Shown one piece after another: positions 26,770 through 39,156 of a stretch of DNA of 64,000 nucleotides. The notes under the pieces were generated by a model. The model saw nothing but the letters and a program-made list of their open reading frames with translations, was not told where the DNA came from and made no database searches. Position numbers and translations under genes: made by a program. Position 1 is the stretch's first letter. The number at the start of each line of letters is the position of its first letter. The stretch lies in the NCBI GenBank assembly GCA_951406725.2, contig OX597818.1, positions 23,312,001-23,376,000 of the forward strand. Reading direction: 5' to 3'. Source of the DNA: Octopus vulgaris (Eukaryota).

Positions 26770-27139
26770 ATCTTTTAGAAACCTTTTGTAATCTAAACTC
26801 CTGTAATATTCAATTTTACCCTCATGCTGTGTCAATCTTTAAATATACAAATGGCATAATTTGACCTGATTCCAATTCTTTGCCTGTTTATACTTTTATT
26901 CTTTTATACACATGCTTGTTCCATTGAAACACTGCTTAAAGCTGATCTTCATTAGGTAGCTATGACATCCATGCTTTTTTTTTTGTTACATTTCAAGTTG
27001 AAATTTAGGCAGCAAAGCAGCCTGAGCACTTACTGCATGTATGTACCTATCACTTTACAGTGTGTGTGTATGTGTGTGTGTGCACGTGTGTACATGCATA
27101 TGCACATGTGTGTATGTATGTGTAAGAGTGTGTGTAGAA

Positions 27140-27178
<39 letters not shown>

Positions 27179-28684
27179 AGTAGAGAGGTGGAAAATTGAT
27201 AGACCATAACTCATGGAAATATACACAAATACACAAATACTCACAATGGAAAATTCTGTCTCATACTCTATAAGTGTTGATAGTGACATAACTTGCATAC
27301 ACACACACATTTATACTATGTTGAGTCAAAAGTTTTTTCATATTTCTGGCTTTAATTAATAGTTCAAACAAATTACATACAAGAAGTGTTTATTTACCAA
27401 AATGTATACCATCATATTCTATTGTATATTGCCATCATTGTGTCAGAAGCTCATTTCCATACTTATACCATTTGGCTACTTTAGAGGCAAAAATCTCCAT
27501 GGATCCATTTTCAACATCATCCACATTGTTGAACCTCCATTTATGAAGGAAATTAGCCATACCTCAATAAAGGTGGTAATCTAAAGGTGCAAGTTTTGGA
27601 CAGCAAGCAGGATGAGGTAGCACTGCCAGCCCTTCAAATTCCTCAAGTTTGTACTTGGTCACATTAGTAGTGCATGTTGGGGGCATTGTCATGCTGTAGG
27701 AGTGTGCATCTTCAATTGATCAAAGTCAAGTAGCAAGTTTTCAAAGCATTATATACTCATTGTATATGTTGAGCATAAAGGTTAGTGTTCACAGCATGAC
27801 CATCTGGGACAAACTCAAAGTACAACACACACTTCAAATTTCATCAAACACTAAACATGATCTTCTGTTCAAACTGCTCATGTTTGACAACAAGTTCTGA
27901 AGCCTGACCAGAATGGAACCACTGATTTCTCTTGCTAGTTCCATTTTTCATCCCCAGTTATGAATCTGTGCCAAAAATTAGCATCTTGAGGATTTGCCAG
28001 TAGTTGTTTGCAAATGTTCATGTATCATTGAGTCTGGTCATTGGTTAATTCATGAGGAGCTTCTCATCAATGTCTTTTCACAAGGCTGAAGTTATGGTGG
28101 TGTCAGTTGATGGTGTTTTGTGAAGGACCAAGTTTTACCAACAATTTAGGAGTGCTTGTTCTTAGCTGTTGGTCATGTATTTCAAGTAAGGCCTCATCTT
28201 CCATAACAAAGTCTCCCTGACCTCGGTTTGTCTTCAAGCCTGATATGATCTTTTTTGAAATGTCTGAATTAGTCTTGTGCCAGTCACATATTTGTTGACA
28301 GTTCCTGAGCCTTCCATATCATTAATATTTTTTGCCATTTCCCTTGCTGTCAGTTCATTTTAACGCAGATAGCATAAAATAGCTCTTATTTTTTTCCCCA
28401 TTCATTATCAAAGCTGTAAAATAAAGAATAAACTATTAATGTTTATATGTTATATAAAATAAAGAATTATAAACAATTAATGTTTATAATAGTGGGGGGC
28501 CCATGAATATTTCACGGAATTAATGGCAAACCTATTGGGTTATTTCTGAAAACCTTATCCAAAAAACCTGAAAGTGTAACCTGTGTTGTGTCTGTATGGA
28601 AAGATAGTTGATCATCTGCTACTCATTGAAAAGTGAAAGAAATTGGAATATGGTGATTACTTAATGCACTTTATATATATATAC

Positions 28685-29415
28685 CTATGTAAAGAAGTGC
28701 CAGTCTCCAACTGTGGAGGGAACCCGTAGTAGAGGTAGACCCAGGGATACATGGGATGAGGTGGTGAAGCATGATCTTCAGACTTTGAGCCTCACAGAGG
28801 CAATGACTGGTGACTGAGAACTTTGGCAATGTGCTGTGCTTGAGAGAACCCATCAAGCCAAGTGCACCCATGCTGGTGGCACGTAAAGAACACCTTTCAA
28901 GCATTGGCCCTCACAGAGACAAAGTGGCTGAGTTCCTTTCAAGTGTTTGGCCTCATGGAGGCAATGACTGAGACCTTTGGCATTATGTCATGCTTGAGAA
29001 GAAAACCCATCAAGTCAAGCAAAATTGCAGGCATGTAAAAAGCACCTTTTGAGTGTTGGGCCTCACGGAGGCAATGACTGAGACCTTTGGCATTATGTCA
29101 TGCTTAAGAAGAAGACCCATCGAATTGAGCAAAATCACAGTTGTGGCAGATACAGTGTCATGCAAACTGGCACCCATACTGGTGGCACATAAAAGCACTC
29201 CAGTGTCATGCAAAGGACACCCGTGCTGGTGACATGTAAAAGCATCCATTACACTCTCAGAGTGGTCAGCATTAGGAAGGGCATCCAGCTGTAGAAAACC
29301 ATGCCAAATCAAACATTGGAGTCTGGTGCAGCCTTCCAGTATGCCAGCCTGGTCAAACCATCCAACCCATGCCAGCATAAACAACAGTCATTAAATGATG
29401 ATGATGATGATGATG
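28685..29415 (+). mobile_element. 5'-truncated RTE LINE 3' end with tandemly reiterated sub-terminal modules and (GAT)n tail
   Basis: VKKCQSPTVEGTRSRGRPRDTWDEVVKHDL, then repeated gcctcacggaggcaatgactgagacctttggc modules; homologous to 7230-7790. Confidence 0.8.
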
Positions 29416-30193
29416 GTGATATACTTTATACACAATTTTATAGACTTAATTCACAATACTCATATAATGAATATTTGCTCTTATTTTTCCATTTTCCCCA
29501 TAAGCAAAAAAAATATCCTGTACATATGATACAACCTTTAGTTAAATTGCATATATCTGCCACGTAAATAAGCGTGAATATTTCACAGAATTGCGCTTAT
29601 ACACATACGTTAATAGGTGATATAAGAAACTTAGTTCAATTAAAAAAAATACACTTTCCACTATCCATTCACCACCACCACCACCTCTACCACCGTCATC
29701 TCTCTCTCTCTCTCTCTGCCATTCTTTAACTTCACTATCAGAACATCACCCCTCTGCTAAAATTATATTTTAACTCTCTTCTTCTACCGTCAACTAACTT
29801 TTTTAAACATGTAATAAATATTACATTACCTCTACCTCATGTCATGGACGCTTCTCTCTCCCTCGTTTCTTTCTTCCTCTTTCTGTCTCACACTTCACCA
29901 TATCCTTTTTTTCCCTCTCCTTTTTCTTTCTCCTCTCTTTCCCTTCAACCAATCACATGATAGCATTACAATTACATTCCCTCTACCTCACATCACAGAT
30001 GCTTCTCTCTCCCTCTTTTTCTCCCTCCCTCTTTTTCTCCCTCTCTCTTTTTCTCCCTCCCTCTTTTTCTTCCTCTCTCTTTTTCTCTCTCCCTCTTTTC
30101 TTTCTCTCTCTTTTTCTCTAATCACATGAAAGCATTACTGATGAGCTAAGTCACACAATGACAAGCAGAATTATTATAAGACGTTATATATGT

Positions 30194-30535
30194 GAAGGCA
30201 CATGGCTCAGTGGTTAGAGAATTGGGCTCACAATCATGAGGTAGTGAATTCAATTCCCAAGACCGGGCTGTGTGTTGTGTTCTTGAGCAAGACACTTTAT
30301 TCCGCATTGCTCTAGTTCACTCATCTGTAGAAATGAGTTGTGACATTATTGGTGCCAAGCTGTATTGGACTTTACCTTTCCCTTGGATAACATCAGTGGC
30401 ATGGAGAAGGGCAGCTGGTATCCATAGGTGACTGCTGGTCTTCCTTAAACCACCTTGCTTGGCCTTGTGTCTCGGAGGGGAGCTTTCTAGGTGCAATTCC
30501 ATGGTCATTAATGACCAAAGGGGTCTTTGCCCTTT
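30194..30535 (+). mobile_element. tRNA-headed SINE (family B), nested in the mariner element
   Basis: Collinear with 16330-16660. Confidence 0.8.
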
Positions 30536-31636
30536 ATGTTATATATGCAAATAAACAATAAACAATTCAGTAGTGATTGGATAACAAGTTGTATCAAATT
30601 AATGATACAACATGGAGATACAATTTGCCAAATAGCATCAGTGAAAATTAAAAAATCCCTTTGACTCAACCTAGTACATATATATGTATGTGAGCATGTG
30701 TGTGTGTATGCATTTGTATGTGTATGTGTGTATGTATGTGTATGTATGTATCTTAATTCTAGTATATCATATTATTATCTATATTTTAATCTTGGCTGAG
30801 CAGAAGCCTTTTGGTTAAGAAGAAGGTGTAGTTTTTAAATTCTCCAAATTACAGGCCATAACCTGAAATCAGTAGTCATATTTTACAATTCTCAGAAGCA
30901 CAAAATTGCATAACCTGAGGAAATTGTAATGCAGGAGATGCTTGCATATGATTTACAGCAGGCAATATTTGAATTCCATTGGCAATGTTACAACTTTTCT
31001 TCTGTGGTTTTTTCCAGTGTGTGTGTGTGTGTGTGTGCAATAACTAGTGGCATAGTATCTCTGTAAACTGCTACCAAAACAAAGGAGATGTATTGGAGAG
31101 AGGAAATTACAGTGATATGAAATTGTTGGCCAAGTTATGAAAGTCAACAAAAGAGTCATAGCACAACAGCTCAGGAATAGAATTAGACTAGATGCCATTT
31201 TCCTAGTATGAAGAATACAGCAGAAGTATTTACTAAAGAGTAGCAACTCTGTGTAGCCTTTGACTGGGTACCATGCTTAATGACCTGGTGGTCACTTAAG
31301 AAACAAACTGTAGATAAATGGCTTATGAGAGTTCTATGTAGAAAAATGGACTCAGTAACATGAAAGTCAGTGATGAGTACAATTATGAATTTAACATCAT
31401 TGTACTTCACTGTACTCATTACCATTCAGTCACACTAAATATTCAATCCTCAGTCCCTTTCTATTCATCATAGTCCCTCCGGACAGCACAGACAAGTTCA
31501 AGGCCAGCTGTCCATGGAAACTCCTATATACTGATGATCTAGCTCAGATAGCTGAATATATAGAATTCTAACTCTTCTACATCTTACTCTTTGTCTCTTC
31601 CCTACTTTCTTCCTGGTTCACCAGAGTAAATAAACA

Positions 31637-32030
31637 TAGGCACAGAAGTGGCTGTGTGGTAAGTAGCTTGCTTACCAACCACATGGTTCCGGGTTCAATC
31701 CCACTGCATGGCAACTTGGGCAAGTGTCTTCTACTATAGCCTCAGGCCAACCAAAGCCTTGTGAGTCGATTTGGTAGACGGAAACTGAAAGAAGCTCATC
31801 GTATATATATATATATATGTTTGTTTGTGTTTGTCCCTCCACCATCACTTGACAACCAATGCTGGTGTGTTTACGTCCCCGTAACTTAGCGGTTCAGCAA
31901 AGAGACCGATAGAATAAGTACTAGGCTTACAGAGAATAAGTCCTGGGGTCGATTTGCTTGACTAAAGGCTGTGCTCCAACATGGCCACAGTCAAATGACT
32001 GAAACAAATAAAGGAGTAAAAGAGTAAAGA
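31637..32030 (+). mobile_element. tRNA-headed CORE-like SINE (family A), full length
   Basis: A-box-like gtggctgtgtggtaag, B-box-like gggttcaatccc, same body and tail. Confidence 0.85.
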
Positions 32031-33306
32031 GTATACCTGAGGCTATTGAGTGCACTGCTATCCCACCTCTCAACAACACTTTTCTGGCCTTTCTGCTGAC
32101 ATTGCTATGTCTCCTTATTCCATTTTTCAATCTACATGCCTTAGGCTACAACGTACTCTAATGTTAGTGCCATGAGAAAATACTTTCAGCATCCTCTGTA
32201 AAAGTGGTTGGTCATAGGAAAGATATAAAAAAAACAAAGCCAAATGGCACATAAAGTCTTTAAGGGCAGTAGTGTCCAATAAGAAATGACATATGATTAC
32301 CTATCCAACCCATGCCAGCATGGAAAGCAGGTATAAAACGATGATGATGACGACAATGATGGCAACAATGACAACAATGTGTATGTGTGTGTGTGTGGGG
32401 GGGGGTGTAGTCTCTTATCCAGGAGAGAAGGCAATACTCATGGCCTTTTTCGAGGTTTCTAATACTACTGGGAAGGAGGAAAGAAAGTTTCCCAAACCAG
32501 GGGCCTGTCCCAACTGCTTGCTACAGAGTGGACCTGGGCTCTGCAAGAGGAACCCAAGTCACCAGATAGAAGATGTTAAACAGGACAACTGGAGGGTCCA
32601 TTCATATTTTTTACAGTCTTATGTCTTCCAATTGCAGTGTAGTGCCAATAAAGGATGGAGGACAGGCTACATGATTCATAATACGTTGTTCAGATTCAGT
32701 GTCTTGTGTATCTTAATTGAAATCGAATTTGACTGTGAATTAGGTAGATTTGATCTGCTATCCACTTTAGCACTACTACCTGGTCCTTGAGTGTTTAGTG
32801 TCTAGCAAGAACCACTCTGTTATGAACATTTGAACCAAGTCTCTATTCTTGGGTTAACTTTGTTCTTTTTCTCTGCCAGTCTTAGAACTTGTGAAAAGGG
32901 TCATCTATACTGCCCTTTCTTTTCTGAGCCTCACCTCCACCACCACCACCAAATGAAAAAGTGAGAGGTATGAACTGTTTCGACTGAGTTATCTATAGCA
33001 TAAATCTAGTAGCATGCCTAGGAAAGGGTGTGGGATGAGGCAGTCTATCCCAGGTGACACTTTCACAGGGACAGCATTTTTTAGGGCTGCTGTATTAGCC
33101 TGTGTAGGCTGTATTGAAATATAGGATGGAGGAGTGCAAATTCAAGGGCTGACCTGGGTTGAACACACTCTATGTCACTATATAAATACCAGTAATATAC
33201 TAAATTAGTTAAATGTATTTCTCTGGAAGGCTTTCTGCAAGTTTTAGATTCACTTCTCCAGAAAACAGTTCTTTTACCTGGTCAACTTTTTGTTTTAATA
33301 TTACAG

Positions 33307-33363
33307 TATGAAGATGCCTTCTGCCGATCAAATCGTTGGGAGATTCCAAATAAACTAAGCCAG
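33307..33363 (+). CDS. CFAP126: CFAP126 coding exon 2: YEDAFCRSNRWEIPNKLSQ
   Basis: ttacag acceptor, cag|GTAAAA donor, 57 nt. Confidence 0.85.
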
Positions 33364-33867
33364 GTAAAAAATTTTTTCAGCATTTCTTTATTTTCTTTAC
33401 AATTAAATATGATTGTTATTTTGCTAAGTAACTTAATTTTATGTTTCTCACACTGTTGCAGCCGTATGCTGTAAGGGTGTCTAAAGGAATGAAAATAAAA
33501 ATAAATATTGTGTACACCATAAGAATTCAGAATCTTCAAGAGGCATGAAATAAATCATTTTTAATGGTGGAACTCAAATTAGACAATCATCATCATCATC
33601 ATCATCATTTAATGTCCATTTTCCATGCTGACATGGGTTGGACAGTTTGACTGGAGCTGGTCAGGAAAGGGACTGCGCCAGACTCCATTGCCTATTCTGG
33701 CATGGTTTCCATGGCTGGATGCCCTTCCTTATACCAACCATTCTACAGTGTGTACTATGTGCTTTTTATGTGGCACAAGCACCAATGCTTTTAACATGGA
33801 TCCAGCATGAGTGCCTTTAACATGGCACCAGCACTAGTGCTTTTAACATGGCACCAGCACCACAAAG

Positions 33868-34745
33868 TTATAAATAATCCTTTCTCTTATAGGTACAAGG
33901 GTGAAATTGGGGGGGGGGGGCTAGTTGATTATATTGACCCCAGTGCTCAAATAGTATTTATTTTACCACCCCCTGAAAAGATTGAAGGTAAAGTCAACCA
34001 CTGTGAAAACAAAGTTATAAATAATCCTTTCTACTATAGGCACAAGGCTTGGAATTTGTGGGGAGGGGGATTCTCAACCACATCGATTCCAGTACTTGAC
34101 TGGTATTTAATTTATCGACCCTGAAAGGATGAAAGGCAAAGGTGCCCTTGGCAGAATTTGAACTCAGAATATGTCAATGGGCAAAATACCTATTTCTTTA
34201 CTACCCACAAGGGACTAAACACAGAGAGGACAAACAAAGACAGACAAACGGATTAAGTCGATTATATCAACCCCAGTATGTAACTGGTACTTATTTAATC
34301 AACCCCGAAGGGATGAAAGACAAAGTCGACCTTGGCGGAATTTGAACTCAGAACGTAGCGGCAGATGAAATACCGCTAAGCATTTCAAACGGCGTGCTAA
34401 CGTTTCTACCAGCTCGCTGCCTTGGGCAAAATACAATTAAGCATTTCCTCTAGTGTGCCAACGATTATGCCGGCTCACCACCTTAATAAATAATAATAAT
34501 AGCATGTAAAATATTGGGGTTTTTTTTAACCCAATATTTACATGCTATTATTAATAGCTTTATCAAGGCAGTGAGTTGGCAGACAAAATGCTTAAGCAGC
34601 ATTTCGTCTGTCTTTACTTTCTGAGTTCAAATTTCACTAAGGCTGACTTAATGAAATAAGTACCAGTTGAACATTGGGGTCAGTGTAATCAACTAGCTCC
34701 ATGCACCTTCCATTCAAAATTTCTGGCCTTGTGCCTCTAGAGAAA
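33868..34745. mobile_element. Cluster of SINE family C copies (minus-strand nested copies 33868-34485, plus-strand copy 34563-34745); others at 4527-4690 and 26465-26680
   Basis: Shared gcgagctggcagaa..gttctgagttcaaatt..gtcgactttgcctttcatcc..taagtaccag motif. Confidence 0.75.
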
Positions 34746-35014
34746 AATTATTTATAGTTTTATTTACTTTTAGTTCTACTATTAAAAATAAGTATATTTT
34801 GTTACATTTTGAAATTCTATTTTTTTTTTTTTCTTCATTTTCCTGACTTGTTTTGGAACAGTTGTCTCTAGTTAAAAATTGCATATATTTGCTGTGTATT
34901 CTCAAAAACAGGATTCAGCGAATTTAATCACTGGTTATTTCTCTAGCCTTTATGTTTGCAGAAATATTTATTTCAAATTTATATTTTTGATCAATCTTTA
35001 CAGTCTATTCTCAC

Positions 35015-35111
<97 letters not shown>

Positions 35112-35150
35112 AATTTCTTCTTCATCTTACAAAAGAACTATTTATTTCAG

Positions 35151-35286
35151 AATCCAAAACAACAAGATGGATTCACAGTTATTATTGCAGACAATGACGG
35201 TCATCTACTTGAAGGTGTAAAGCGTTCAAAAAATTCTCCATGGGGTAGTTTCGTTGATCCCTGGGATTTCCCTTTAAAAGTACCAG
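35151..35286 (+). CDS. CFAP126: CFAP126 coding exon 3: NPKQQDGFTVIIADNDGHLLEGVKRSKNSPWGSFVDPWDFPLKVP
   Basis: tttcag acceptor, ag|GTAT donor, 136 nt; core Flattop domain motifs. Confidence 0.93.
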
Positions 35287-35415
35287 GTATTTTTTTATTA
35301 TTTTGCTTACAACTGTCAACTGAATTTGAATGCATAAAAGATACACAGGTATATTAGATGCCCCACCCTGATTCAGCAGGGCATATTCAAGAAAAAAAGT
35401 TTTTTAGTGCATTAA

Positions 35416-35970
35416 CCTTTTAGCATTCAGATTACTGTCAAAAGTAAATCCCCATTTATCCACACTGTTTTGAATTAATCAGAGATTATCTCATAGTTTC
35501 AAGATTTCACTGTTGTGATTGTTTATTTTCAGAATGACACGGAAGAGTAAGTGTGAGAGGTCAGTGTAAACATAAAGCAAGTAAATATCAAGGCCTAATA
35601 TGGTCAGTTTGTGAAGGTGCATGGTTTAGTGGTTAGGATTTTTGGTTCACAGTCATAAGATTGTGAGTTCAATTCCTGGTAGCACGTTGCATTCTTGAGC
35701 AAGGCACTTTATTTCACATTGCTCCAGTCCACTCAGCTGGCAAAAGTGAGTTGTACCTGTATGTCAAGGGGCCAGCCTTGTCACATTCTGTTTCATGCTA
35801 AGTCCCCCTAAGAACTACGTTAGGTTAGAGGTACACGTGTCTGAGGAGTACTCAGCCATTTGCACATTAATTTCACAAACAGGTTGTTCCACTGATTGGA
35901 TCATCTGGAACCCTTGTTGTCATAATTGATGGAGTACCAGTTCAATATGGCCAGATTAAATGTTAAAGGG
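35416..35970. mobile_element. piggyBac-like MITE with a nested tRNA-SINE (about 35611-35943; TSD aatatggYcag)
   Basis: ttaa|ccttttagcattc ... aaaggg|ttaa; flanks of the SINE are duplicated. Confidence 0.7.
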
Positions 35971-36095
35971 TTAAAGCTAATGGAAGGTCTAACTTTGTAT
36001 ACAGGATATAGGGTTATTTTTTTGAGACTTTTTCGCAAATTGTGCATCTTATATACCAGCTAACATGGAACTTATGATTACTTGTATATTTTATA

Positions 36096-36481
36096 CTAGC
36101 AAAACACGCCCCCGTCCAATGGACGGTGCTGAGTTGTCAAACATTTAAACCAAATTTTCTCAAAACAACTTGTCTGACCATCCCATAGACCTCCCCTTTG
36201 CGAAATACTGATTTAACCTAAATTTCAGACACCAGCAAAAGAAGAAATAAAGATAGACTTTTTTTCTATTCCAAGAAAAACGATTTTACAAATGCACATT
36301 CCCACGGCTTTATCGATCACATTCTCACCTGGAATCGATTTTTGTAATTTTTTCAAGACTTATACATGCCCTGATACCGTCAGTATCTACATATCAAATT
36401 TGAGCACAATCGGATGGAGGATGCCCGAGATCCTAGAAGACACACACACACAGACAGACAGAACGGATTTTATATAATAGA
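36096..36481 (-). mobile_element. Non-autonomous Helitron-like element
   Basis: Minus strand: A|TCTATTATAT start; 3' hairpin ccgtcc-att-ggacgg, then CTAG|T. Confidence 0.7.
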
Positions 36482-36715
36482 TATGAGATTACAAGATCAT
36501 AATTAAAACAACTTCCTTAGAAATAAACCTCAGATATTTTTTGTCATTATACATCCAATAAATACTTTTGCACTGTAGCAATTGAAAAAGAGCATTATAT
36601 TTGAAATTGTTTTGTTTTGTTTTCTTTTTGTTTTCTTTCTTTTTTTTTTAAACAACAGTAAAAAGCTGTTTCAATTTTTATTTTTTTAATTCATACATAA
36701 TTGTTTACTTTGCAG

Positions 36716-36819
36716 GGTGCTCTGGACTGAATACAACTGCTCGGAGACAAGAATCAGTAAAAGCTTTAAGCAACATGAAGAAAAACTTTGATAAACAATT
36801 GGAAGAATATAGCCTTGGT
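36716..36819 (+). CDS. CFAP126: CFAP126 coding exon 4: GCSGLNTTARRQESVKALSNMKKNFDKQLEEYSLG
   Basis: ttgcag acceptor, GTAAGA donor, 104 nt; phase compatible on both sides; NxTAR motif. Confidence 0.82.
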
Positions 36820-37000
36820 GTAAGAGAGTTTTCAAAATGAAAGACATTTGTATCTTCATATAAAATGGCTGTGTGGTTAAGAAGCTTGTGGTTTTAGGTT
36901 CCTCGGCAAGTGTCTTCTACTATTGCCCCAGGCTGGTCAAAGCCTTGCAAGTGGATTTAGAAAGAAACAGAAAGGGAATTGTTGTGTGTGTGTATGTGTG

Positions 37001-37043
<43 letters not shown>

Positions 37044-37211
37044 CTATCTACACTAATTGTCTCCATTCTTCACTTTCTCCCACTGTACTGTTCTATATCA
37101 TTAACACCTTGCTTATCTGCTATCACCCTCAATACCCTTACATGTTAAAAATAGCAGCCAAAACCGCTATAAAGTCATTCTATCACTCATATCATTACCC
37201 TCTACTTATAA

Positions 37212-37260
<49 letters not shown>

Positions 37261-37288
37261 AAAAAAGCAACAAGAATGGATTAAAATC

Positions 37289-37372
37289 TCGGTACAATCG
37301 TTTCGTACGAGGACATCTTTAATAAGCTACAAAAAATGCAGTGAATACAGATGGCTCGTACTCGTCAGCCGA
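37289..37372 (-). ncRNA. Minimal type I hammerhead ribozyme motif (Penelope pLTR type), copy A
   Basis: Minus strand: tcgg-CTGACGA-gtacgag..(long loop)..ctcgtac-GAAA-cgattg-TA-ccga. Canonical core with perfect stems I and II. Confidence 0.72.
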
Positions 37373-37786
37373 AAAAACATCAGAGAATTTCCAAACATCA
37401 AAAGGGGTAGATACAAAAGAGGGTGTAAGATTAACTGCATTGAAGAAAGTTCGATTCATGGAGATCCGATGAAAGGTTTTAAACTTACAGAATTTGTGCA
37501 TGTCTACATATAGCTCATATTGAGTTGCTAATCAAGTTGTGTGAAGAAATTTTCGGATACAGTCATGCAAAATTTCTGAAAATCCGAGTAAGAAGCAAAG
37601 TGACTGTCATATCGTGTAGAGGAAAGTCTGAGTAAAAAGCAAAGTGACTGTCATATCGTGTAGAGGAACAGATTGTTATTGAAATTTACAAGAATCGCAG
37701 ATAAGTTCGATTCTTGGAGATCCGATGAAAAGTCTTGAACTTTTGTATCTACCCCTTTTGATGTTTGGGAATTCTCTGATGTTTTT

Positions 37787-37870
37787 TCGGCTGACGAGTA
37801 CGAGCCATCTGTATTCACTGCATTTTTTGTAGCTTATTAAAGATGTCCTCATTCGAAACGATTGTACCGA
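37787..37870 (+). ncRNA. Minimal type I hammerhead motif, copy B (sense to the CFAP126 pre-mRNA)
   Basis: tcgg-CTGACGA-gtacgag...ctcattc-GAAA-cgattg-TA-ccga; two stem II mismatches. Confidence 0.55.
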
Positions 37871-37997
37871 GATTTTAATCCATTCTTGTTGCTTTTTTCC
37901 TATTTGTAATCACCCCACGGAAATCTATATGGTGTTAACCATACGACAAGTGGGGTGATTACAAATAGGAAAAAAGCAACAAGAATGGATTAAAATC

Positions 37998-38081
37998 TCG
38001 GTACAATTGTTTCGTATGAAGACATCTTTAATAAGCTACAAAAAATGCAGTAAATACAGATGGCTCGTACTCGTCAGCCGA
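37998..38081 (-). ncRNA. Minimal type I hammerhead motif, copy C
   Basis: Minus strand: tcgg-CTGACGA-gtacgag...ttcatac-GAAA-caattg-TA-ccga; palindromic stem III region acaattgt. Confidence 0.55.
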
Positions 38082-38105
38082 AAAAACATCAGAGAATTCT
38101 TTTTT

Positions 38106-38138
<33 letters not shown>

Positions 38139-39156
38139 TCATCATCATCATCATCATTTAATGCCCATTTTTTTCATACTAGCATGGGATGGATAGTTTG
38201 ACAAGAGCTGGCCAGTCAGACGACTGTGTCATGTTTGATTATCTGCATCGACATGGTTTCGATGACTGGATGCCCTTCCTAAAGCCAACCTCTTCACAGA
38301 GCGCAGTGAGCACTTTTTATGTAGCACCAGTAGCAGTGCGGTCGCCAAACATTGGCATTTGTGTTGTACAAGCATTCATCACCATAATCCAGTGACATAC
38401 AGATGTCTCTTTATGGTGACTTCATCTGTCGTTCCATCTAATGAAAGTCTTATAGCGACAGAAGATTGACAATGAGTGCAAATCTAACCAGCTGGAAGCA
38501 CACAGTAAATTACAACTTTCACTTGTCGACTTCCCTTCAAACTATGCAGATCTACAATGGGACTGAATAGACATCTGAGAGGTTAGAGATGTTATGTCAG
38601 AAATGCCATTGACAACAAGGAGGCACATGGTGATGGCAATCATCTGTAAAGAAGGAACAATCACCATGTGTATACAGAGACACTCATGCATGTCTCTTAG
38701 TATTTTTAATCCTCTTGCCATACTTAGTCCAAATTTCATGTTTTTTTTATTGTATTCTTCATTCTTTAGTTAATCTGTCACATGTTTTGTCGGAGATTTG
38801 TCTCCTATGTAAACATGGGTGTGTGTGTATGTTGTATGTGTGTGTGTGCATGTATGTGGTCGGGGAAGGTTAGGTCTAGTTTTAATTGTTTCTATTGTGC
38901 TTTATTTAATTTCATGTTTAAAGGATTATAAGGGTCATTGATCTAATTTAGATCTAGCTCAAGGTTTTACTTTATCATCAGTATCAGATGGTTGGGGAAT
39001 TGGATGCATACAAGAATTATTGAGTTAGATGTTTGCTAGGAATTACCCTGCAGTGGATTTGTGACGTGGATTTGTGTGTGGTGGGTGTGTGTGTGTGTGT
39101 GTTTTATTACTTTGTGAAGCAATCTATTAATATAGCGAACTTTTTTTCTGTTGTAG

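Larger units (their letters stand above)
27316..30674 (-). mobile_element. Full-length degenerate mariner (DD34D) element with both TIRs, expanded by nested insertions
   Basis: TA|ctatgttgagtcaaaagtttttt pairs with aaaaaatccctttgactcaacctag|TA. Transposase remnants ITGDEKW, LLQHDNAP and LPHPACCPKLAPLDYH lie at about 27400-28400. Confidence 0.75.
37257..38110. mobile_element. Penelope-like pLTR remnant with inverted, triplicated terminal unit, between (TA)n tracts
   Basis: Three copies of a ~150-bp unit (37257-37420 -, 37745-37903 +, 37965-38098 -); a central hairpin at 37901-37968; an internal tandem duplication at 37586-37668. Confidence 0.65.

Noticed and set aside
32293-32790. 165-aa plus-strand ORF in CFAP126 intron 1
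   Set aside because: Starts in an RTE-tail repeat and microsatellite; no recognisable protein; not needed for the Flattop frame.
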